From positions 3,968,001 through 4,032,000 of the forward strand of contig CBDCXR010000004.1 in assembly GCA_965223845.1 (NCBI GenBank): a stretch of DNA of 64,000 bases, written 5' to 3'. The notes below the pieces were generated by a model. It saw nothing but the letters and a program-made list of their open reading frames with translations. It was not told where the DNA came from and made no database searches. Source of the DNA: Planctomycetota bacterium (GTDB taxonomy: Bacteria > Planctomycetota > UBA8108 > SXIK01). Numbering within the stretch: position 1 is the stretch's first letter; every line of letters begins with the position of its first letter. Below, one piece after another: positions 1 through 7,986 of the stretch. The position numbers and the translations under genes are program-made.

Positions 1-50
1 GCGACGAGAACACACGAGGTCGTAACGACGAGCGAAGGCACACGACGCAT
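1..50 (-). CDS. 5' end of a gene running off the window (signal-peptide-like start MRRVPSLVVTTSCVLV)
   Basis: Minus-strand ATG at 50 with a GGAG RBS-like motif about 8 nt upstream. Basic then hydrophobic N-terminus; only 16 codons visible. Confidence 0.45.
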   Translation of the reverse strand, partial: MRRVPSLVVTTSCVLV

Positions 51-182
51 GGAATCGTCTCCTGGCGACGGGAATCAGCGAACGGGGGAAGGCTCGGTCG
101 CGATCGACCGATCGATCGGCGAGCATTCTACCGCGCGGATCCCGGGATGACCCCGCGCGTTCGCACGTTTCGTCGCGAGCGT

Positions 183-602
183 CTACAGATCCTTCGAGCG
201 CGGAGGCGGATCGGCCTTCGGCGGTGGCTCGGAATCGGTTTCCGCTTCCGGCGCCGGCTCGGCTGGTGCTTCGTCGACCTCCACGGTCGCGTCGCGCCCC
301 TTCGGGACGACGAGCCGGATGAATTGGAGCAGTGTCTGCTGACTCTTCTCGTCGGTGGTCACCGTAAGCGTTCCGTCCGTTCGAACGGTCTCCATCTCGA
401 CGAGCGCGTAGTCCGCGAGGAATCGCTCGAGTCGTTCCGCCTGCTCGACTTCGAGCCGGTAATCCGCTCGCGTCAGGTAGCGAACATTGTGCTCGCGATT
501 TCGCAGCGTACGACAACCGGAGGCTCCGGCCGTGAGGACGACCGCAAGGGCGACGACAGACGCCGCGCGCAGCGGACGGGGGAGGTTCATTCGCGAGAGC
601 AT
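183..602 (-). CDS. hypothetical lipoprotein
   Basis: Basic N-terminus, hydrophobic stretch and lipobox-like ASGC; Pro/Glu-rich tail. Confidence 0.6.
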   Translation of the reverse strand: MLSRMNLPRPLRAASVVALAVVLTAGASGCRTLRNREHNVRYLTRADYRLEVEQAERLERFLADYALVEMETVRTDGTLTVTTDEKSQQTLLQFIRLVVPKGRDATVEVDEAPAEPAPEAETDSEPPPKADPPPRSKDL

Positions 603-876
603 CGAGAGGTCCTTTCACATCGCGGACGCGTCGTGGACGCCGGAGCGCCGTGCGCTTCGACGATCCTCATCGTCCGATCTCGGTTCGGAATCGGGACGTG
701 CGTTCCCACGCAACCGCGTTGAAAGCTCCATGCCACCGCCGCAGTGCGCGACCGACGACTCGATGCCGAGCGAACTTGCGACGCGCCGGGGCCGGTCGAG
801 AAACGCGCCGCGCGAGAGAATGTGCCCCGATCTTGGGCGATGCGGTGCATTTCGTTTCGCTCGCGACCGGGACGCC

Positions 877-1839
877 TCACCGGAGCCCCACCGCGCGGTA
901 GACCCGCGCGAGTGTCGCATCTCCGACGACGCGAGCTCGCTTCGCCCCGTCGTCGAGGATGTCGCGGACGCGATCCGGATCCCGGGCGAGCTCCTCGCGG
1001 CGCTCGCGAAACGGGCCGAAGTAGTCGAGGACCTTCGCGAGCAGCTCCTTCTTCGCGTCGCCGTAGCCGTATCCACCCGCTCGGAACCGTTCCGCCATCG
1101 CCGCGACGTCACCGGCAGGCGCGACGAGCTGGTAGAGCTGGTAGACGGTATTCGTCTCGGGGTCCTTGGGTTCCTCGACTCCCTTCGAGTCCGTCACGAT
1201 CTTCATGATCGAGCTCTTCAGCCGTTTCTTCGACGCAAACATCTCGATCGTGTTCCCGTAGCTCTTCGACATCTTCTGCCCGTCCGTCCCGGGAACCGCC
1301 TCAGCGCCCTTCTCGACCTCGGCGTCGGGTAGAACGAGCGTCTCTCCGTAGAGATGGTTGAACCGCTGCGCGACATCACGCGTGACTTCGAGGTGCTGCA
1401 CCTGGTCCTTTCCGACCGGGACGCGCTCCGAGTCGTAGAGGAGGATGTCGGCCGCCATGAGGACCGGGTACGAGAAGAGCCCGTGGCTCGCTTCGATCCC
1501 CTTGGCGAGCTTGTCCTTGTAGCTGTGACAGCGCTCGAGGAGCCCCATCGACGTAATCGTAGACAGCACCCACGCGAGCTCGACGACCTGCGGGACGTCC
1601 GACTGTCGAAAGAGAACGGCGCGCGACGGATCGAGTCCGGCGGCGAGATAATCGAGCGCTACGTCGTAAACGTTTTCGCGCAGCGTCTCCGCGTCGCGGA
1701 TCGTCGTGAGCGCGTGGTAGTCCGCGATGAAATAGAAGCACTCGTGCGCGTCCTGGCGTGCGACGTGCTGGCGCATCGCGCCGAAGTAATTCCCGAGGTG
1801 GAGGATTCCGGAGGGTTGGATACCCGATAGGTAACGCAT
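877..1839 (-). CDS. trpS: tryptophanyl-tRNA synthetase
   Basis: [16 protein letters not shown] (HIGH-type), [22 protein letters not shown] and KMSKS motifs. Confidence 0.97.
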   Translation of the reverse strand: MRYLSGIQPSGILHLGNYFGAMRQHVARQDAHECFYFIADYHALTTIRDAETLRENVYDVALDYLAAGLDPSRAVLFRQSDVPQVVELAWVLSTITSMGLLERCHSYKDKLAKGIEASHGLFSYPVLMAADILLYDSERVPVGKDQVQHLEVTRDVAQRFNHLYGETLVLPDAEVEKGAEAVPGTDGQKMSKSYGNTIEMFASKKRLKSSIMKIVTDSKGVEEPKDPETNTVYQLYQLVAPAGDVAAMAERFRAGGYGYGDAKKELLAKVLDYFGPFRERREELARDPDRVRDILDDGAKRARVVGDATLARVYRAVGLR

Positions 1840-1923
1840 GAAACGAAGCGTCTCCCAAAAATCTCGTCCGTCGCTCGATCGACGCGCTCTGATTCCCGAT
1901 CGAATCGGCGGTTGGCCGGCGCC

Positions 1924-2835
1924 TCAGGCGTCGCGCTCTTCATCGCCCTCTTCCGCGAGCCAGTCGCGCGGAGAGCGAAGTGCGGCGAGAAGCTCGGCCT
2001 CCGGGCCCTCGTCGGGAAACGCGGGATCGTAATCCCAGTGCACCGCGGGTGGAAGAGACATGAGGATCGATTCGATCCGCCCCTTCGAGCGCAATCCGAA
2101 TACGGTGCCTCGGTCGTAGAGAAGATTGAACTCGACGTACCTCCCGCGGCGGAGAAGCTGAAACTCGCGCTCGGAGTCGTTCCACGGCTCGTTCTTGCGA
2201 CGCTCGACAATGGGGACGTAGGCGTCGAGAAACGCTCCGCCGAGGTCCTTCCACCACGCCAGCAGTCGCTCTCGTCCAGCCGCATCGTCGGCCGAAAGGT
2301 GGTCGAAAAAAATTCCGCCGATCCCCCGGCCTTCGCCCCGGTGCGGGAGGTAGAAGTACTCGTCGCACCACTTCTTGAAGCGCGCGTAGTAGCCGGGATC
2401 GTAGCGGTCGCAGACGTCCTTCCACACGCGGTGAAAACCACGGGCGTCCTCGGGAAAGAGAACGTACGGAGTGAGGTCGGCTCCGCCGCCGAACCACCAG
2501 CGTTCGCCGCGCTCGAGGTAGCGAAAGTTCGCGTGCACGGTCGGGACTCGAGGATGTCGCGGGTGGAGGACGAGCGAAATCCCGGTCGCGTAGAATGAGC
2601 TTCCTTCACCGGCGAGCTGATCGGAGAGCTTCGCGTCGACTTCGCCGTGCACCTCGGAGACGTTCACCCCACCCTTCTCGAACACGCCGCCGTCACGAAT
2701 CACCCGCGTACGCCCGCCGCCGCCGCCGGGACGCGTCCAGAGGTCCTCCCGAAACGGACACCCATCGAGCGCCGATAGGCGCTCGGTGATGGTGTCCTGA
2801 AGCTCGTAGACAAACTGGCGGCAGGTCTCGCGCAA
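1924..2835 (-). CDS. hemF: oxygen-dependent coproporphyrinogen III oxidase
   Basis: EKGGVNVS, HPRHPRVPTVHANFRY, WWFGGGADLTP and RRGRYVEFNLLYDRGT motifs; TTG start with AGGGAG RBS. Confidence 0.96.
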   Translation of the reverse strand: MRETCRQFVYELQDTITERLSALDGCPFREDLWTRPGGGGGRTRVIRDGGVFEKGGVNVSEVHGEVDAKLSDQLAGEGSSFYATGISLVLHPRHPRVPTVHANFRYLERGERWWFGGGADLTPYVLFPEDARGFHRVWKDVCDRYDPGYYARFKKWCDEYFYLPHRGEGRGIGGIFFDHLSADDAAGRERLLAWWKDLGGAFLDAYVPIVERRKNEPWNDSEREFQLLRRGRYVEFNLLYDRGTVFGLRSKGRIESILMSLPPAVHWDYDPAFPDEGPEAELLAALRSPRDWLAEEGDEERDA

Positions 2836-2979
2836 GCTCTCGCCTCCCTACTCCGTGGCGCTCCGAGTCTCGCCCCATCGGCGAAGCCACCGCTCCTCGC
2901 ACGGTCGACTCGCGCGAAATCTCGAGTCTCGACCGAACGTCCTACACGGGCGACCGAAGTCGGTCGCACCGCTGCAAGA

Positions 2980-3110
2980 CTCTATAAAAAAAGAACTTAA
3001 GTCAACTGCTCAACATCTACAAAACGCGTTTGGACCGGAAAATTCCTTGCGAGCTCCGCCCCGACAGCGAGATAATCCCTTTATTCACTGTCGGAAGGCA
3101 ACTTGACGCC
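2980..3110. promoter_or_regulatory. AT-rich divergent promoter region between hemF and the Pup-like/PafA locus, containing an imperfect inverted repeat (3061-3094)
   Basis: Marked local drop in GC (TCTATAAAAAAAGAACTTAAGTCAAC). CCGACAGCGAGATAA-TCCCT-TTATTCACTGTCGG can pair. Confidence 0.5.
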
Positions 3111-3232
3111 GACCGCGAGTGGACCCCGGCAGTGATGGGAGAGGGCTGTGAAAGCACCGAAATCGGGCCGCCGAAGCGAACCCGAGCGTGGTGCGTGTGG
3201 ATTCACGGCATGGGAACGCACGGGGAGCACCG

Positions 3233-3418
3233 ATGAAAGCTGACGCCGAAGCGAATCAGGCCTCGACTCCTTCGACTCCGTTCGACGCGGAGAGAACGGC
3301 GAAGAGAGCCCGGCAGGCGCTTATTCGTCGCGACTTGTACGCGCTTCTTTTGAGCGACGCCAAAGATCGAGCGAGTGACTATCCGGCCCGGTTTCAGGTC
3401 GGTAGCGGCGCCGAATAG
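3233..3418 (+). CDS. 61-aa small protein, candidate Pup/UBact-like modifier
   Basis: GGGGAG RBS before ATG 3233; disordered N-terminus, helical middle, C-terminus ASDYPARFQVGSGAE with terminal Glu; directly upstream of a PafA/Dop homolog. Confidence 0.6.
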   Translation: MKADAEANQASTPSTPFDAERTAKRARQALIRRDLYALLLSDAKDRASDYPARFQVGSGAE

Positions 3419-3634
3419 GACACACGCCTCCGCGCGGCGGTGGCGACGAGAGCGGGACCGGAACTCGAGGCCAGGGCGCTCGAGGCTCGGAACCGTCACC
3501 CTCTCGTGTTCTGCCCGGGAACGGCCGGGTCGACTTGATTTTGGCTCGCGCGCAAGAACGCCGGCGTCGGTCGAGCGGGAGCTACTTCCGCGGTCCGCTT
3601 CCTCTCGAAGATTCGAACGACGGCGGCCGCGACC

Positions 3635-5557
3635 ATGACCAGCTTCGAGCACGAATCGCCGCCCGGCGACGCCGCCGCCCGAGGCGAAGGCGCCCTCCCC
3701 GCCGGAGGGCCGCGTCCCGGGATCTTCGGTCTCGAGACGGAGTACGCGATCCTCTACGACGGCGACGACGAGCCGCCGTTCGAGACGATCGAAAAAGTCC
3801 TCTTCGAGGCACTCCTCAGCGGACGTAAGGCCGCTCAGTCCGGAGGGCTGAAGGGCGGATACTTCCTCGCGAACGGCGGCATGCTCCACCTCGAGGCGTA
3901 CATCCGCCGCCAGGCCGATACCCGAATACTCGAGCTGGCCACGCCCGAGTGTCGGAGCGCGATGGATCTCACCGTCTACTCGCGCGCATTCGACAACATC
4001 CTCGAGGAGACGAGCACGCGATCGCAGGTGGCGCTCGAAGCACTCGGGTACGACGGAAAGATCGTCTTCGCGAAGAACAATATGGATTCGCGCCAGATCG
4101 GTTACGGCTGTCACGAAAACTATCTCACCTACTACCGCCCGCCCCCGTCCGCGCTCTGGCTCTTCCTCCTCGCTACGCCGCTCCTTCTCCTCTCCCTGAT
4201 CCCCATCGTCATCAGCATCGTCTGCGGTCTCCTCCTCGTCTACGTTCCGCTGACGATCGGATTCTTGATCGCGCCGGTCGGACGCTTCTTCCGGTGGCTC
4301 TACGAGCGCGCGATCGAGACGCGCCCGTGGATCACCGAGAACGTGCGCGGCGGTCTCATCTTGTTTCTCACCCTCCTGCTTCTCCTCCCGGTGAAACTCT
4401 ACACGTGGATCCTCCGCCGGGTCGCGTTCGTGCCGCTCCTCGCGGAGCTCACTCCGTTCCTCGTCACGCGACAAGTCTTCGCGGGAACCGGCTACGTCAA
4501 CTTTCGCGAAGGGGTCTTCGAGCTTTCTCAGCGCCCCTTCCTCACGCGCTCCCTAGCCACGATCACGCTTCTCGGGCGGAAGAAGACAGTGTTCGACTTG
4601 AAGGGGTTTCTCTTCGATCCGTGGCAGCTCTTTCGACGAACGAAGAAGCTCACGGTGAGCGTCGGCGATTCGAATCTCTCGGACGTGCCGCTCTTCCTCA
4701 AGGTCGGAACGACTGCCCTCCTCGTCGAAATGCTCGAGCGCGGCGAGTCGTTTCGCGACCTGCGCCTCCGACGACCGATCCGAGCGCTGCGCGAAATCTC
4801 CCGCGGGGGACCGTGGAAGCAGGTACGCCTCGCCCGCGGCGAGCAGCTCTCGGCGATCGAGCTCCAGCGGGCCTACCTCCGTCGAGCGCAGGCGTTCTTC
4901 GCGGATCGAGCCGACGACAAGTCGGGTCACGACGAGATCCTGCGCCTCTGGGAAGAGACGCTCGATCGTCTCGCGGACCGGCCTCAACTGCTCGCCGACA
5001 CTCTCGATTGGGTGGCGAAGAAATCGCTCCTCGACCAGGCCGTCCTCGCGGTGGGAAACTGGAAGACATTCTTCGCGTGGGGACGAGTCCTGCGCGCCGC
5101 CGGGTCGGAGTGCGCCGCGTCCGCGCGAAGCGCGAGCGAGCTTCTTCGGCTCGCGCCGTGGTACCGACGGCGGAGAGCCCGCCGGCTTCTCGACTCGCAA
5201 GACCTCGAGCGCGGGGAGTTCACCGCCTACCGCGATCTCTATTTCCAGGCCCAGAACATCGACCTTCGCTTCCACGAGCTCGGCGCGTCCGAAGGCTATC
5301 AGCGTCAACTCGAGGACGCGGGCTTGATCGATCGCATGACTGACGACGAGACCGTGCTTCGCGCCGAAGACACTCCCCCGCCCGATACTCGGGCTCGCGT
5401 CCGCGGCTACTACATCGCCGAGAGCGCCAAGCCGGAGCACGTCATCGCCTCGTGGAACGAAATCGAGCTCCTCGATCCGCCGCGGCACGTCCCCCTCCCC
5501 GATCCGTTCTTTTCCCGCGTGCCGACGGATACTGACGACAGCGACCAGGCCGGCTGA
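3635..5557 (+). CDS. PafA/Dop (Pup ligase/deamidase) family protein with a transmembrane insertion
   Basis: GLETEY, LANGG, ELATPEC, KNNMD..GYGCHENYL, FLVTRQVFAGTG, SQR, GDSNLS, LKVGTT, LDWVAK, DLRFH, PPPDTRARVRG, SW and DPF motifs. Hydrophobic segments at about 4150-4430. Confidence 0.9.
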   Translation: MTSFEHESPPGDAAARGEGALPAGGPRPGIFGLETEYAILYDGDDEPPFETIEKVLFEALLSGRKAAQSGGLKGGYFLANGGMLHLEAYIRRQADTRILELATPECRSAMDLTVYSRAFDNILEETSTRSQVALEALGYDGKIVFAKNNMDSRQIGYGCHENYLTYYRPPPSALWLFLLATPLLLLSLIPIVISIVCGLLLVYVPLTIGFLIAPVGRFFRWLYERAIETRPWITENVRGGLILFLTLLLLLPVKLYTWILRRVAFVPLLAELTPFLVTRQVFAGTGYVNFREGVFELSQRPFLTRSLATITLLGRKKTVFDLKGFLFDPWQLFRRTKKLTVSVGDSNLSDVPLFLKVGTTALLVEMLERGESFRDLRLRRPIRALREISRGGPWKQVRLARGEQLSAIELQRAYLRRAQAFFADRADDKSGHDEILRLWEETLDRLADRPQLLADTLDWVAKKSLLDQAVLAVGNWKTFFAWGRVLRAAGSECAASARSASELLRLAPWYRRRRARRLLDSQDLERGEFTAYRDLYFQAQNIDLRFHELGASEGYQRQLEDAGLIDRMTDDETVLRAEDTPPPDTRARVRGYYIAESAKPEHVIASWNEIELLDPPRHVPLPDPFFSRVPTDTDDSDQAG

Positions 5558-5608
5558 GCGCGCCGGAATCTCGCCGAGTCGCCGGGAGCTCACCGCCGAT
5601 CACGAACC

Positions 5609-5632
5609 GAAGAAGAGAAGAAGAGAAGAAGA
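5609..5632 (+). repeat. short tandem repeat (GAAGAAGA)x3
   Basis: Three exact 8-bp units in a purine-only tract just upstream of the HD gene start. Confidence 0.8.
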
Positions 5633-5639
5633 GTTCTCC

Positions 5640-6263
5640 ATGGGAATGAAGAAGATCCTCGATCCGTACTCGCGCGCGTTCGCGATTCTCTCGCGCCACG
5701 CCGAACCGGCGTCTCGCCGGTTCGAGATTCTCACGATCCACAGTGTGCTGGTGGCGAACGAAGCGCGGACCATCGCCGAACGCTATCTCGACCGTCACCC
5801 CGATGCGGAGATCGATCTCGATTTCCTGCGCGAGGCGTCGCTCCTTCACGACATCGGCGTCGTGCGGTGTCACGCACCCGAGATCGGCTGCCAAGGGACG
5901 GAGCCCTACATTCGGCACGGCGTCGAGGGACGTCGCATTCTCGAGGCCGAAGGGCTGCCGCGACACGCCCTCATTTGCGAGCGGCACACTGGAAGCGGGA
6001 TTTCGGCCGCCGACGTGGTCGAGCAGGAACTCCCCCTCGAGCCGAAGGACTACCTTCCGCTCTCCCTCGAAGAGAAGATCATCTGCGTCGCGGACAAGTT
6101 TTACGGCAAGAAGCCGAACCGCCTCTGGCAGCGAAAGCCGCTCGAGAAAATCGAGGCGCAAATCTCATCGAAGGGCGACGGCCCGCGAATGCGCTGGGCG
6201 GAGCTTCGCGCGATGTTCCTGGACGGCATCAAGAGCGATGCCGCAGCGCCGTCGACGCCCTAA
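5640..6263 (+). CDS. HD-domain metal-dependent phosphohydrolase (HDIG type)
   Basis: HS.LVA, LLHDIG, RHGVEG, CERHTG and EEKIICVADKF motifs. Confidence 0.88.
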   Translation: MGMKKILDPYSRAFAILSRHAEPASRRFEILTIHSVLVANEARTIAERYLDRHPDAEIDLDFLREASLLHDIGVVRCHAPEIGCQGTEPYIRHGVEGRRILEAEGLPRHALICERHTGSGISAADVVEQELPLEPKDYLPLSLEEKIICVADKFYGKKPNRLWQRKPLEKIEAQISSKGDGPRMRWAELRAMFLDGIKSDAAAPSTP

Positions 6264-6323
6264 GCGCGCGACGATCAGATCGACACTCGCTCGGCTCGAG
6301 GCCGGTAGCCGGAAGGCGTCTCC

Positions 6324-7487
6324 TCACTCCGGCTCGGGCGGGTCTCCTCGGGGCTCCTCGACGCGATCGAGCGCAACTCGCTTCACGTGCCACCGCGTCG
6401 AGCCGAAGCGGTCCGTCTCGCCGACGAACGGGACGTGCACCGCGAGTGCGCGGGATTCGATCAGCCATCCCGATGGCAGTTCGAACGAGAGCGACTCTTC
6501 CGCCGCCCAGCCGTCCGGCCGCCGCCAAAGTTCGCCCCGAGCTATGACCTGAGTGACGCCGTCGACCTTCCGCGCCTTCTCGATCTTGTAGCGAATTCCG
6601 CGCAGATCGACCGTTCCATCGCGGCGCGGTCGCTCGAGTCCGGGGGTGACGATCCGCTCGACCGCTCCGCGAAGAAGCCATTCCACCTCCGGGAAGATCG
6701 CGAGCGGGAATGCCGCCGGGAGCCTCTCCTCGAGCGTGCGACGAAACCTCGGCAGCTCGGCCTGCAATCCGCGCGAGGAAAAGCGCACCTCGATGTCCTC
6801 GCCGACGAGAAACGGGAGGCTCGCCGCGACGAGCTGCGATTCGATCATACTCCGCGCGTGGGATGAGACGAGCGGGAGGCGCCACGCGCCGGCGAGGCGG
6901 GCGACGATGTTGGTCGCTGTCCGCCGGAGCTCGGGTGTGCGCGGATCGAGGGCCCACTCGCGGTCTCGATTCGCATCGTCGACGTAGCGCGACTGAAATC
7001 GCAGGATCCGCACCCGCGGTCGGCGCGCGTCCGCAAGATCGAGCTCGAGGACGAGCCCGACCTGCACCGGATCCCCCGCCACGCCTGCGCCCTGGGCGCG
7101 ATCGAGCGCGTCGCTAAGCGGATCGTCCTGCGGAATCCTCGTTCGCGTTCGGCGGACGAACCGGCGCCGCGCGGGCGGATGGACCCAGCCCCGCGAAAAT
7201 CGGACCTCGAAGCTCGCACGCTCCGCCCCGCGCGCGAGATCGATGCCGGCCGCTGGCGAGGGGCCGTCGCGCGACTGGTCGGCGGGCGCGTCGCCGTCGC
7301 CCGCCGGTGGTCCTTTCGGTTCCCGAGGACCCTCCTCCGGCGGCGGATCCTCTCCGCGCTCGATCTCTCCGCCGGACAGGCGCACCTGTCCGAATAGGGA
7401 GAAAAGGAGCGCCGCGGTGACGGCCATCTGCCAGGTGATGGCCGAACCGAACTCTACGCGTCTCCGTCTCGCGATCGGTTCGCTCAT
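6324..7487 (-). CDS. hypothetical exported/membrane-anchored protein
   Basis: Long ORF with an N-terminal hydrophobic segment and Pro-rich linker. Start placed at MSEPIARR (track start 7613). Confidence 0.55.
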   Translation of the reverse strand: MSEPIARRRRVEFGSAITWQMAVTAALLFSLFGQVRLSGGEIERGEDPPPEEGPREPKGPPAGDGDAPADQSRDGPSPAAGIDLARGAERASFEVRFSRGWVHPPARRRFVRRTRTRIPQDDPLSDALDRAQGAGVAGDPVQVGLVLELDLADARRPRVRILRFQSRYVDDANRDREWALDPRTPELRRTATNIVARLAGAWRLPLVSSHARSMIESQLVAASLPFLVGEDIEVRFSSRGLQAELPRFRRTLEERLPAAFPLAIFPEVEWLLRGAVERIVTPGLERPRRDGTVDLRGIRYKIEKARKVDGVTQVIARGELWRRPDGWAAEESLSFELPSGWLIESRALAVHVPFVGETDRFGSTRWHVKRVALDRVEEPRGDPPEPE

Positions 7488-7986
7488 CGTCGCAATCCTC
7501 CACCGGACGGCGCTCTCGAATCCGCTCGATCGCGGAACCGGCGATCGACGTCCGAAGCGCGCCCCTATCTTCGGACCGTCGGAGGAGGAGTTCAACCAAC
7601 GCCGGGCGAGCAACGAGAAAGAATCCGGAACGAATCACCCGGATCGAGCGAAATCCGCACCCGCCCCGCGCACGGACACGAGTCGTAGAATCGACGAATG
7701 CGATCCGGACATCGATCAGAACCGCGCGCGCTGAGCCGCGCAGGCCGTAGATTGTTCTGGGATCCGCACCGAGCATTTCGGATGATGGCGGCGCCCGAAG
7801 GCGACTCGCGGGCGCGCGAAGTCGCAATCGAGAGCAGTGCTTCCATCGGTTGCCTGGCGCAGCGCGAGAGAACGTTTCGCTCTGCGCTTTTTTGCGACGC
7901 CGGGGTTGTTGCCGGTTCGAACTTCGATCCCTCGCACCCGCTAGTTCGTTTCCTCCTTCGCCTTCGCTGTCGGTCTCCCTCGTAGG

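Noticed and set aside
3375-3638. 87-aa ORF bridging the small ORF and the PafA homolog
   Set aside because: Arg-rich, no clear RBS and overlaps the better-supported 61-aa ORF; probably spurious, though not excluded.
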